Assembly (NCBI GenBank): GCA_963727625.1 | Contig: CAVSHR010000002.1 | Location: forward strand, 512,001 to 576,000 | Direction: 5' to 3' | DNA: 64,000 bases | Source: an uncultured delta proteobacterium | GTDB taxonomy: Bacteria > Desulfobacterota > Binatia > UBA9968 | In this document: positions 1 through 12,206 of the stretch, piece after piece | Layout: every line of letters starts with the position of its first letter | Numbering within the stretch: position 1 is the first letter of the stretch | Translations under genes and position numbers: made by a program | Notes under the pieces: model-generated | Told to the model about the DNA's origin: nothing | The model's input: only the letters and a program-made list of their open reading frames with translations | Database searches by the model: none

Positions 1-23
1 TGCGGGCGTGATGTAGCAGGTCT

Positions 24-2300
<2,277 letters not shown>

Positions 2301-2316
2301 CTACCCTAAGACGCTT

Positions 2317-2766
2317 ATGGACCGTCTAAAGCCGAGAACGATTCGCCTCATCGGGCGGCTGCACGAATGGTTATGGAAGCTGAGCGGCGGTAAACTCGGC
2401 AATGGATTCGGAAGAGCGCCTTTCATGATGCTTACGACGAGGGGCCGCAGGACGGGGCTCCCGCGCACCACCCCGGTTCTCTACCTCCAAGATGGAGCCG
2501 ATTTTATTGTTGTGGCATCCTTCGGTGGCAACGACATGCATCCGGCCTGGTACCTCAACCTCGAGTCCTATCCGGAAGCCGAGGTCTTGGTGAATGGCGC
2601 GCGCCGCCGAGTTCTCGCACATCGGATCTCTGCCGAAGAGAAAAACCGCATCTGGCTAAGATTGGTGAAAATCTACCCAAATTTTGCCATCTATCAGCAA
2701 CGGACTCATCGAGAAATCCCGCTGTTGCGACTGTCCCTCCGGATCGAGCCGATTTCGGTCGATTGA
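2317..2766 (+). CDS. Deazaflavin (F420)-dependent nitroreductase family protein (Ddn-like)
   Basis: LTTRGRRTG.PRTTPV, VVASFGG...HPAWYLNL, YQQRT.REIP motifs. Confidence 0.9.
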   Translation: MDRLKPRTIRLIGRLHEWLWKLSGGKLGNGFGRAPFMMLTTRGRRTGLPRTTPVLYLQDGADFIVVASFGGNDMHPAWYLNLESYPEAEVLVNGARRRVLAHRISAEEKNRIWLRLVKIYPNFAIYQQRTHREIPLLRLSLRIEPISVD

Positions 2767-2848
2767 GGATTCGCCGCGCCGTTGTTCCAGTCCGCGAATG
2801 TTTCCATCAGGCATCGCCCGAGGACGCAAAAAGAGTTATTCATGAATC

Positions 2849-3253
2849 ATGCTGGGTCGTTTAATACTGCTCTTCACCATCGTGCCGCTGGCCGAGCTTT
2901 ACATCCTGATTAAGATTGGCAGCTATATCGGCGGGTTCAACACCATCATCCTCGTCGTACTGACCGCAATGCTGGGCGCTTGGCTGGCGCGCCTGCAGGG
3001 TTTGCGCACTCTGCAGCAAATACAATCGAGCCTGGCGCAGGGCCAGATTCCGGCGGAGGAACTGATCGACGGTGTGTTGATTCTCGCCGGCGGTATTCTG
3101 TTGCTCACGCCGGGCGTGTTGACCGATCTATTCGCGCTGGTTTTGCTGTTTGCCCCCACGCGGACACCGTTCAAGCGCTGGCTGCGGCGCCGCTTTGACC
3201 GCATGGTGGCGTCCGGCGATGTCCGGCTTCACTATCACCGCGGCGGGTTCTGA
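2849..3253 (+). CDS. fxsA: FxsA family membrane protein
   Basis: VPLAELYILI, GGILLLTPGVLTD signature; hydrophobic. Confidence 0.9.
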   Translation: MLGRLILLFTIVPLAELYILIKIGSYIGGFNTIILVVLTAMLGAWLARLQGLRTLQQIQSSLAQGQIPAEELIDGVLILAGGILLLTPGVLTDLFALVLLFAPTRTPFKRWLRRRFDRMVASGDVRLHYHRGGF

Positions 3254-3720
3254 CGTTTAGAATAACCCTGCGCGCTGTCGCCCGTGAAATAAATTTTCGC
3301 ACTGAGCCTTGCAACGATGACTCTTCGGTCTGCGATGTGGTCAGCGGCAATTGAAACAAATATTTCGTCTGGTAACACTCGGTTTCCCATTGGTTGGACA
3401 AACGCGATCAAACGGCTCCAGGCATCGAAGATCCGAATGTGTGGGCCTGTTGCAAACGCTTTTCGCATTAGAATGCTGGCGGCGCGAGTGGAGGCAACAA
3501 CATCACCCGACGACTTGTCGCACGATTGTAAGACAAAACATTGATTTATGTGCTTTACCCGTCACGTCGTCGGCGAAAGCTCTCGGCTCTCGACTGATTC
3601 CGGTTGGACAAGAATTGTTGTTTTCGCCTGCTGCTAGGAAAATGCCGGTCGCCATGCTAAAAAACACTGCATTATTCAAATAATCGCTCAAGCTTTTCGG
3701 CCGCGGCGACTGGAGCAGTA

Positions 3721-4143
3721 ATGAACGTTAAAGTACATGAACTCATGACAGCGTCCGTTGTCACCACCCAGCCTCATGCGAGCATCGCTTATATTCGCGG
3801 GCTGATGAAACGCCACAAGATCGGTTCAATCCCTGTAGTCGACAGCGACGGTCACCCCGTCGGCATTGTGTCTTCAACGGATTTGGTAACGGAACTTAAG
3901 TCAGCCGCTCCGGTCAGCACGATTATGACCGAGAAAGTGCTAACCGTTCCCAAATACGATGAAGTCAGCACTGCGGCCCGGGTTATGCGAAATCATAAAA
4001 TTCACCATGTCGTCGTGACTCATGAAAAGCAGGTCGTGGGCGTCCTCAGCTCGTTTGATTTGCTTCGACTGGTGGAGAATCACCGGTTCATCGCAAAGCC
4101 ACCGCCCACTGCACCGACGCGGAAGCCTTCCAAGCGAACCTGA
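3721..4143 (+). CDS. CBS domain pair protein
   Basis: Two CBS repeats (V.ELMT..V, IPVVD..G..VGIVS..DL; IMT..V..V, VVGVLS..DL); GGAG RBS. Confidence 0.9.
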   Translation: MNVKVHELMTASVVTTQPHASIAYIRGLMKRHKIGSIPVVDSDGHPVGIVSSTDLVTELKSAAPVSTIMTEKVLTVPKYDEVSTAARVMRNHKIHHVVVTHEKQVVGVLSSFDLLRLVENHRFIAKPPPTAPTRKPSKRT

Positions 4144-4346
4144 ACGCTTAGTCCTCGGAATCCAGCGACCGCAACGGCTCGGGACCGTGCTAAAATTGTC
4201 CTGGAATAGTTGTAGGCAGCGTAGGAAGGATGGACGCTGTTGACTAAAGGGAATAACTCCGGGGCCGGTCGGAAATTGGTCGGCCTAGTCCACCTGGTCA
4301 ATAGCGCCCCTATTTCCCCGTTCTGGGAATAGCGTTCTCGATCAGC

Positions 4347-5495
4347 TCACAGATATGCTTCCTCAGGCATATTGAATTCCGCGCCTTCTTTCACCAACTG
4401 CTCTTCGAACATTTTGCGGATATAGGGGTCCTCGTCACGGTATTCGATGGTGTTGCCTCCCTGTTTGATGTCGAGATTCAAGCCGCGCCAATCGACACCC
4501 GGCACACCTTTGACTCGCCTTGGAAAACCGCCCAGAAAGGCCAGCACGCGCAGCGGTACCTTGGATGCGCCGAAGTGGCCGTGGAACCAGCCGGCGTCGC
4601 CGGGCGCAGCGCTCACGATGCCGCCGGGCTTGTAGTCCTGTCGCTGGACCAATTCGCCTTTCCCGTCCGCCCATGGCGTCGTACCCGCCTCGCCAGGCCA
4701 CGTAATGGTGTAGCCCTTGCCGCCCAGACACAGGAGCACCGGGCCGGCTTCATGGGCGTGACACCGGGAATAGCGCCCGGGCGCGTATTGCGCAATGAAC
4801 CCCTGAAAACTATTGCCCGACAGGTTCCAAAAAAAGGTTCGGTGACCGACGCCACGCTGGCCATCCACGGGCAGCTCCACGCGGTCCGCGTCCGGGATAA
4901 TGTTGCCGTAGTTGCGCGCGCGGCCGTGGCGCGGATCTTTGCCGAGCTCGGTCTGCGCTTTGAAATAATTTGCGCTGCCATCGTAGCGATCCTTGAACTC
5001 ATACGGGTTGTTGAACAGCGCGTCCTGACTCCGGTACAGATGAAAGATCGGTGGTGCGTTGGTCACGCCGAGTAAGAGAGCAGGGCTGGAGGTGGCGTTG
5101 ACGATGCGGTGCCAGGTATTGAGCGGCGGAGAGAAGAGGCTGCCCGGTTGCCACTCGAAGGTCTGCTTCCTGTTAGCATCCTCGCCGCTCCAGATCTCCG
5201 TCGTGCCGCGCCCTTCGAGCACGTAGAAGATCTCCTCGTACATATGCTTTTCAGGAGTGATGGCGCCCGCGCCGGGCACCTCGATCACGTACACCCCCTG
5301 GAGCCCGCCGCAGCCGTTGAGCTCAATGAACGCGCCGTGCGCGCCCATGCGCTTCCACGGTTCCAAAGTCAGGTCGCGGATGTCATAGAACCCCACCGCG
5401 CCGCGATGGATGGGAAGATTTTGCTCCTCCATGTAAATTTCATAGGGAGAAGCCGGCCGTATCCAGCGCTTGGTACCAACGAAATCTTGCGCCAT
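4347..5495 (-). CDS. Bi-cupin domain protein (gentisate dioxygenase-like fold)
   Basis: EKHMYEEIFYVLEGRG...WQPGSLFSPPLNTWH and CHAH...WFHGHF cupin motifs. Confidence 0.8.
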   Translation of the reverse strand: MAQDFVGTKRWIRPASPYEIYMEEQNLPIHRGAVGFYDIRDLTLEPWKRMGAHGAFIELNGCGGLQGVYVIEVPGAGAITPEKHMYEEIFYVLEGRGTTEIWSGEDANRKQTFEWQPGSLFSPPLNTWHRIVNATSSPALLLGVTNAPPIFHLYRSQDALFNNPYEFKDRYDGSANYFKAQTELGKDPRHGRARNYGNIIPDADRVELPVDGQRGVGHRTFFWNLSGNSFQGFIAQYAPGRYSRCHAHEAGPVLLCLGGKGYTITWPGEAGTTPWADGKGELVQRQDYKPGGIVSAAPGDAGWFHGHFGASKVPLRVLAFLGGFPRRVKGVPGVDWRGLNLDIKQGGNTIEYRDEDPYIRKMFEEQLVKEGAEFNMPEEAYL

Positions 5496-5732
5496 AAATC
5501 ATTTGCCTCCTGTCCAGTTTGTCGCACCGAAGGTCGGGTCAATGCAAGCGTTCAACTCCTGCGCACAGTGCGGCTTCACAAGTAAACCATCGAAGCTCCG
5601 TTTTAAATCGAATCATTGATTGTGATTCAAACCGTTGCGGGCCCATCTCGCGTGAATCAGTCCAGACTCACGCACGACTCACGATCGTGGTTATCCTTGC
5701 CATTCAACATCACATCATGTTAGAGCGCAGCC

Positions 5733-6710
5733 ATGGTTACAAACCAACGTAAACTGGTAATTTTCACGACTTTGATTTTGTTGCTTGCCTTGGTCGCGGC
5801 GCGGGAACCCCGAGCCGCCGCGGCGCGGCCGTTGCGCATCGCCTTTCTGTTCTCATCGGGAACCATGGCATCGGTCTGGATGGCGAAGGAAAGCGGCGCT
5901 TTCGCCAAAGAGGGTCTCGAGGTCGAGATGATTTCCATGGGTTCGACCCTCGCCCTGCCGGCGCTGCTCGCCAACGAAGTCGATGTAATTCAGGTTTCCG
6001 CGGTGCCCGTGATTACTGCGTCGCTGCGCGGCTTCGACGTGGTTTTCATAGCCGGAATGCTCAACACGATGATCTGGGATTTGTATGCCAGGCCGGAAAT
6101 CAAAAACGCCGAGCAGTTGAGAGGAAAAATTGTCGGCACGGACCGGCCGGGCAGCCCGGTGGCCTACGGCACCCTGGTCGCACTGCGCAAACTGGGACTC
6201 AGTGCAAGGGACGTCCAGCTCCGGCCTTTCGGCGGTTCGGTCCAGGTCGCCTCGGCGCTCCAGAGCGGGCAGATCGCCGCAGGGCCCGCGGGCCCCCCTC
6301 TGAGCTTTCATGTCGAGCGCAGCGGCTTTCATTCGCTGGCCTCGACCCTGGACCAACCCTATCAAAACGTCGGTCTCGTCGTCAGGCGCAGCCGGATGAA
6401 TGAACTGGCGCCGCGCCTCGTCCCGCTTTTACGCTCGGTGCGCGAGGGCATCGACCGCTATTATGCGGATAAGCCGTTTACGTTAAAGGTAATCCCGAAA
6501 TACACCCGGGATTCCGATCCCGATATCATCGAGCGAACTTACGAGTTTTATCGCAAGGCCGGTTTCCGGCGCGAGCTGATGATTTCAGAGCCCGGCATGC
6601 GGGGGATTTTGAACTTTCTCTCGGAAACCACCGTCCCGGAAGCGAGGAAAGCCAAACCGTCGCAGTTCTTCGACGATCGGTTCGTGCGTCAATTGAATAG
6701 CGGCAAATAA
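5733..6710 (+). CDS. ABC transporter substrate-binding protein, SsuA/NMT1/THI5 family
   Basis: Signal peptide, AKESGAFAKEGLEVE, IKNAEQLRGKIVG, FFDDRFV terminal motif. Confidence 0.85.
   Translation: MVTNQRKLVIFTTLILLLALVAAREPRAAAARPLRIAFLFSSGTMASVWMAKESGAFAKEGLEVEMISMGSTLALPALLANEVDVIQVSAVPVITASLRGFDVVFIAGMLNTMIWDLYARPEIKNAEQLRGKIVGTDRPGSPVAYGTLVALRKLGLSARDVQLRPFGGSVQVASALQSGQIAAGPAGPPLSFHVERSGFHSLASTLDQPYQNVGLVVRRSRMNELAPRLVPLLRSVREGIDRYYADKPFTLKVIPKYTRDSDPDIIERTYEFYRKAGFRRELMISEPGMRGILNFLSETTVPEARKAKPSQFFDDRFVRQLNSGK
5821..6710 (+). repeat. Direct repeat copy 1 (copy 2 at 8312-9201)
   Basis: 5821-6645 reads identical to 8312-9136 by eye; 5 substitutions in the last ~65 nt. Confidence 0.9.
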
Positions 6711-7011
6711 AAGAGCGGTAGCGCCGCGTGATTAGGCGAAGGGTTCAGTTGAGCAAAAAATATCAAAAATAAAGATGCGACGGCAATACTCACGGTCGCA
6801 AACATAAGTAAATAACGATTTCAACGATGGCTCTGCTCGTGCTCAGGCTGCTTTGCCGCGTCACTTTGAGTTTTTCAACCGCCTGTTTACTTTTGACGTT
6901 CGTGCAGGTCGAGATTCGATAAATGTCATAAGTAAAGATTTGAACCAAATCACTTGCGGGATGGAGCTGGATTCTAAAAATTCAGATTTGAACTCAAACA
7001 GTCGACGTCAG

Positions 7012-7040
7012 TTGACTTCACCCGGAATAACACGTAGCTT
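7012..7040 (+). promoter_or_regulatory. sigma70-type promoter for RRM gene
   Basis: TTGACT-17 nt-TAGCTT, about 190 nt upstream of the ATG. Confidence 0.5.
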
Positions 7041-7232
7041 GAATCATCTTCTTCAGTTACCGGCCTTCTGAGAGGAACACTAGAATTTGAAGGCTGCTTT
7101 CCGTCTCTATCCTTTGATAGCAATTTCTAAATGACAATCCGACTAGAGCGGGGTTATAAGCCCAGGTTCTGCCCCATTAGCAGTTAGATTCTCAGGATCA
7201 CAGACAACAACACTGTCTAATAGGAGGACAAC

Positions 7233-7547
7233 ATGGGTAGTAAATTATATGTAGGTGGTTTGCCTTATTCAGTCACTGAGGGGAGTCTTCGGGAACTTTT
7301 CGCGGCACATGGCACGGTGGAATCGGCCAATGTGATCTCGGATAAGTTTACCGGACAATCGCGCGGTTTCGGCTTTGTCGAAATGTCGTCGAACAATGAG
7401 GCGCAATCCGCGATCTCGTCGCTCAACGGCACGCAATTCGAAGGGCGCAGCCTGACGGTAAACGAAGCCAAGCCGATGGCCAAGCGCGATAACTTCGGTG
7501 GTGGCGGCCGTGGCGGCGATCGCGACGGCGGCCGCAACCGCTGGTAG
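7233..7547 (+). CDS. RRM-domain RNA-binding protein with Gly/Arg-rich tail
   Basis: RNP2 KLYVGGL, RNP1 RGFGFVEM; AGGAGG RBS. Confidence 0.95.
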   Translation: MGSKLYVGGLPYSVTEGSLRELFAAHGTVESANVISDKFTGQSRGFGFVEMSSNNEAQSAISSLNGTQFEGRSLTVNEAKPMAKRDNFGGGGRGGDRDGGRNRW

Positions 7548-7575
7548 TTTTTTCGTTGGGTCAGTAATTTGTACG

Positions 7576-7619
7576 AGAGGGGGGCACCTAGTCGGGGGGT
7601 CCCTCGGTTCCTTTTTCTC
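7576..7619 (+). terminator. Probable intrinsic terminator
   Basis: GC-rich imperfect hairpin followed by T-rich tract after the RRM gene. Confidence 0.4.
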
Positions 7620-7683
7620 AAATCTCCAAAACTCAGTCTGGTTCCGCAAAACAATTAGTTAGGTTCAATTAGGAGGCTTCAAT

Positions 7684-7872
7684 ATGTACAGGATTTTGTG
7701 CGACCGGTCGCCGGCTCGCGAGCTCGGCTCAGGCCTGACCTGGTATAACGTAGACGGCAAGATCGTCGAATTCGCTACGACGGAAGAAGCCGGGGCAATG
7801 GTAAAAAAATTAAGCGAGGGCCCCAGAGCCGCGATGATTAAGTACACGGCGAAAGAATATAACGTCGAGTAA
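7684..7872 (+). CDS. Small hypothetical protein (62 aa)
   Basis: AGGAGG RBS about 8 nt upstream; protein-like composition. Confidence 0.65.
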   Translation: MYRILCDRSPARELGSGLTWYNVDGKIVEFATTEEAGAMVKKLSEGPRAAMIKYTAKEYNVE

Positions 7873-8296
7873 GATTCATTCAGCTAAACACGTTCTCGGT
7901 TAAGACGGCGCCGTAACAAGATTAAAACATTTAGGCGGTGCCGCCTTTAAAGCCAATCTCAACCGCGGGTTCGGACACCGCTCTCTGCGGTTTGTTTGAT
8001 GCTAGTTGCTCGTCCCTATCGCATCTATTTCATAAGCGTTGCCGGTTACTACCATTCTGTTTCCGGGTCTCTTTTCATAGACCGACGATTTCGGTTGTGA
8101 GCCAACGGGCATAGAAATACCCCGCCTGCGAGCGCATGGGGCAGCGCGACGGCAAATCCGATAATACTCTCACTGAGCATTTTCTATTCTCTCGACTGTT
8201 CACAAAAGAATTGACCGGTTTACGTCCCGATTGCTGGTTACATTCTAGTCTCATTTCCGCGCTGCCATCCAACGTCGCACCGTATTAGACGCAGCC

Positions 8297-9201
8297 ATGG
8301 CTACAAATCAACGGCGCGGCCGTTGCGCATCGCCTTTCTGTTCTCATCGGGAACCATGGCATCGGTCTGGATGGCGAAGGAAAGCGGCGCTTTCGCCAAA
8401 GAGGGTCTCGAGGTCGAGATGATTTCCATGGGTTCGACCCTCGCCCTGCCGGCGCTGCTCGCCAACGAAGTCGATGTAATTCAGGTTTCCGCGGTGCCCG
8501 TGATTACTGCGTCGCTGCGCGGCTTCGACGTGGTTTTCATAGCCGGAATGCTCAACACGATGATCTGGGATTTGTATGCCAGGCCGGAAATCAAAAACGC
8601 CGAGCAGTTGAGAGGAAAAATTGTCGGCACGGACCGGCCGGGCAGCCCGGTGGCCTACGGCACCCTGGTCGCACTGCGCAAACTGGGACTCAGTGCAAGG
8701 GACGTCCAGCTCCGGCCTTTCGGCGGTTCGGTCCAGGTCGCCTCGGCGCTCCAGAGCGGGCAGATCGCCGCAGGGCCCGCGGGCCCCCCTCTGAGCTTTC
8801 ATGTCGAGCGCAGCGGCTTTCATTCGCTGGCCTCGACCCTGGACCAACCCTATCAAAACGTCGGTCTCGTCGTCAGGCGCAGCCGGATGAATGAACTGGC
8901 GCCGCGCCTCGTCCCGCTTTTACGCTCGGTGCGCGAGGGCATCGACCGCTATTATGCGGATAAGCCGTTTACGTTAAAGGTAATCCCGAAATACACCCGG
9001 GATTCCGATCCCGATATCATCGAGCGAACTTACGAGTTTTATCGCAAGGCCGGTTTCCGGCGCGAGCTGATGATTTCAGAGCCCGGCATGCGGGGGATTT
9101 TGAACTTTCTCTCGGAAACCACCGTCCCGGAAGCGAAGAAAGCCGAGCCGTCGCAATTCTTCGACGATCGGTTCGTGCGCCAATTGAATAGCGGCAAATA
9201 A
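8297..9201 (+). pseudogene. Duplicate SsuA-family binding protein with signal-peptide deletion/frameshift
   Basis: ATG GCT ACA AAT CAA at 8297 parallels ATG GTT ACA AAC CAA at 5733, followed by a 73-nt deletion that removes the signal peptide and shifts frame; remaining ORF 8323-9201. Confidence 0.75.
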
Positions 9202-9373
9202 AGGTACGTAATTTTCGATTCTACCCGCTAACGCGGCGGCGGCGTGTGAATTGAATTTGCCTAGGCTCGACTGAAGGGTATTAACGGCTGAAACAATTGG
9301 GATCCCTAAGCCTTGTGTGTCTGCAATTTTCCCGTGTCCAATGGATCTCCCAGCCTAGGAAGATGTTCTCCCA

Positions 9374-10561
9374 TTAACGCCACAGCTCGCGGGTCGCCAA
9401 GCGGGCGCCCTCCGCCAGCGCGGCGAACTTGAGCCAGGCCACGCTGGGATGGGTATCGTTAAATCTCAGTGCGGAGGCGGCAAATCCGCAATCGGCTCCC
9501 GCAATGACGTTCTCGCGCCCGACGATTTTGGCGAACCGCACGATCCGCTCGGCAACTAGCTCCGGATGCTCTACCAGGTTGGTCGTGTGGCTGATCACGC
9601 CCGGAATGAGGATCTTCCCGTCGGGGAGTTTGAATCGTTCGAAGACATGGTATTCGTGTTCGTGTCGTGGGTTCGCCGCTTCGAACGAATAGGCGCAGGC
9701 GTTGATTTTGAACATAATGTCGACGATGTCCTTGAGCGCCATCTCGTGGAGGCGCGGTCCGACATCGATGCTGTAACAGGTGTGGAAGCGGACCTTCTCG
9801 GGCGGGATGCCGCGGAGCGAATCATTGATCACTTCGACCCGCTCGGCTGCCCACTTCCTGCAGTCCGCGACGCTCGAGTCCGGGTTCATCATGTAATAGG
9901 AGACCAGACGCGGGTCGTCGATCTGGAGAATGAAGCCGGCGTCGACGATCGCCTGATACTCTTCGCGCAGGGCGTTGGATACGGCCTGCTCGTACTCCTC
10001 ATGGTTGCGGTAATATTCGTTGGAATAAGTCGCCGTGATATAAGATGCGGCGATCGCAGGCACGAAGATCTCCTCGTACTTCAAGCCGTTGGTTGCCGCC
10101 TTGAGATTGGCGATGTCTTCCTGGACCGCCGCGTGACCTCTATAACTGACCGGCCCGGTACAGGTGTCGACGCCTTGGCCGCGCCCGCTGCTCCGACCGC
10201 CGAACGGTTCGGCGATGCGCTCGGACCAGGCATAGTAGTCCGGGAAAGGGAGATATTCCCGGCTTGCCGCCCGCGGTCTGATTGAACCCGGAGCGGCCGG
10301 CTTGCGCTCGAAGCCGTTGAATCGCTCGATGACGTAGCCGAAGAAGCTCGCTTTGCCCTGCTCGCCGTCGGTGACGATATCGATGCCCGCTTCGATCTGT
10401 TTTTTTACAACCTCCGCTACCGCATCGCGCACCAGCCTTGCGAGCTCTTCACGGTCGTATGGCTGACCTCTTTCCCTCAGTCGAAGGAGCGGGATCAGGG
10501 AGTCGGAGCGGGCCAGACTGCCGACATGGGTCGTGAGGATTCTTTCATTGCTGCGCTTCAT
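9374..10561 (-). CDS. Cobalamin-independent methionine synthase II family protein
   Basis: TTHVGSL, LQIDDP, HTC, FEAANPRHEHE, ADCGF Zn ligands. Confidence 0.85.
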   Translation of the reverse strand: MKRSNERILTTHVGSLARSDSLIPLLRLRERGQPYDREELARLVRDAVAEVVKKQIEAGIDIVTDGEQGKASFFGYVIERFNGFERKPAAPGSIRPRAASREYLPFPDYYAWSERIAEPFGGRSSGRGQGVDTCTGPVSYRGHAAVQEDIANLKAATNGLKYEEIFVPAIAASYITATYSNEYYRNHEEYEQAVSNALREEYQAIVDAGFILQIDDPRLVSYYMMNPDSSVADCRKWAAERVEVINDSLRGIPPEKVRFHTCYSIDVGPRLHEMALKDIVDIMFKINACAYSFEAANPRHEHEYHVFERFKLPDGKILIPGVISHTTNLVEHPELVAERIVRFAKIVGRENVIAGADCGFAASALRFNDTHPSVAWLKFAALAEGARLATRELWR

Positions 10562-10671
10562 TGCAATTTTCCCTTTGGAACCGCGGATCGATCGCTACTT
10601 GGAATCTTAGCCAGCCGCTGAATTTAAACCATTGGAACGTCTGGAACGATTGGAACCTTACAACGTTCCGC

Positions 10672-11877
10672 TTAACTCCAAAGTTTCTTGCTCGCCAGCG
10701 CCGCGCCTTCGCAGAGGATGCGAAGTTTGGCCCACGCAATCTGAGGATGCACTCTCCCGCCCAGGCCACAGTCGGTGCCCGCGATCACGTTCTCGCGGCC
10801 TACGGCGTCGGCGAACGCGAGGATGCGGTCCGCCACCAGCTCCGGGTGCTCGACGACGTCCGTCGCGTGGCTGACGACGCCGGGAATCAGAATCTTGCCG
10901 GCCGGCAGCTTTACATTCCGCCAGACTTTGTGCTCATGCTCGTGGCGGCCGTTGCCCGCTTCCACCGAGTACGCGCCCGCATTCACTCTAAGCATGACGT
11001 CGACGACGTCGCGAAGCGGAATGTCCGTCGTGTGCGGGCCGTGCCAGCTGCCCCAGCAAATGTGATAGCGCACCCGATCCTGCGGAATGCCCGTGAGCGC
11101 GTGATTCAGCACCTCGACGCGCAGCAGCGCGTAGTGTTTGTATTCGTCCAGCGTCGGCCGCGGATCGAGCATGTCCCAGGCGCCGGGCAGACCGGGGTCA
11201 TCGAGCTGCAGGATGAAACCCGCGTCCGCGATTGCCCGGTATTCTTCGCGCATGGCCGCGGCGATCGCCTCTAGAAATGCCTCGGCGGTCGGGTAGTAAG
11301 TGTTCTGGTCGCGGCAAAACATCTCCAGGCTGCCGGGGGCGATGGAACTCATGAACGCTTCATCGACGCCTGCGGCATCGGCGGCTGCCTTCAGATTCGC
11401 GAGCTGGGCGCGCAGGTTCTCTTTGGCGGTGTAGGTAATCGGACCGATGCAGGTCGGGCGGCTCGCGGCGGTGCTCGGCGCTCCCAGTCCCGTGTCGGCG
11501 TAAAACTCGGCGAACTCGCGCTGCTCCCAGCGCTCGCCGACGATGCGCATGGGCGCTCCCGGAGCGGCCCGTTCGGGCGCAAGAGACTCCGCCGAGGTCG
11601 GGCCGAAACCGGAGACGCGTTCGAAGATGTAATTGCCCCAGGCACCCCGGTCCGTCGCCGCCCGCATGGGCTTGCCGAACTCGCCGTCGTTGGGAATATC
11701 GACGCCGGAATTTTTCTGCGCGACCACGACCTCGCCCACTGCAGAGCGCAACCGCGCCTGCAGAGCCGCTTCGTCCTCGGCCCCGCTGCTTTTCTTCGAC
11801 CACATTTCGCGCAAGTCGGCCGGTCGCGGCAGGCTGCCGGCATGCGTGGTCAGGATACGGTCAGTGCTTCGTCTCAT
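10672..11877 (-). CDS. Cobalamin-independent methionine synthase II family protein (paralog)
   Basis: TTHAGSLPRP, LQLDDP, HICWGSWHGPH, VEAGN.RHEHE, TDCG. Confidence 0.85.
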   Translation of the reverse strand: MRRSTDRILTTHAGSLPRPADLREMWSKKSSGAEDEAALQARLRSAVGEVVVAQKNSGVDIPNDGEFGKPMRAATDRGAWGNYIFERVSGFGPTSAESLAPERAAPGAPMRIVGERWEQREFAEFYADTGLGAPSTAASRPTCIGPITYTAKENLRAQLANLKAAADAAGVDEAFMSSIAPGSLEMFCRDQNTYYPTAEAFLEAIAAAMREEYRAIADAGFILQLDDPGLPGAWDMLDPRPTLDEYKHYALLRVEVLNHALTGIPQDRVRYHICWGSWHGPHTTDIPLRDVVDVMLRVNAGAYSVEAGNGRHEHEHKVWRNVKLPAGKILIPGVVSHATDVVEHPELVADRILAFADAVGRENVIAGTDCGLGGRVHPQIAWAKLRILCEGAALASKKLWS

Positions 11878-12165
11878 AATGCCTCCGCCCAAACGTCATT
11901 ATCATGGCGTGCTCCTACGCTCACGTCCGGTATCTCGCAGTCGCCACATCGATTCATCACTCGAAGTAGCTCGATCTCTCCGTGCGCCATTTGTGGGAGA
12001 AACTATCCGCGCGAACGATGCCCTGTCAAATTGTTGAAGGGGAGAAGACACAAATTTGGCACTCGATAGCACTTGTTTAACCTAAGATGCGTGGCGTCGC
12101 TTTCTACGAGGCGCTGCGACTTGTCCCAATGTAGATTCCCAACTCCTTAAAACTTTCGCGTGACC

Positions 12166-12206
12166 TGCGATTGACGACTCGAGGCGTTAGCGATAACAGA
12201 GAAAAC
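12166..12206 (+). promoter_or_regulatory. 41-nt promoter-like element duplicated at 21457-21497
   Basis: 37/41 identical; contains TTGACG. Confidence 0.6.

Noticed and set aside
3254-3720. Short ORFs between fxsA and the CBS gene
   Set aside because: Mutually overlapping, with no RBS or recognisable motif
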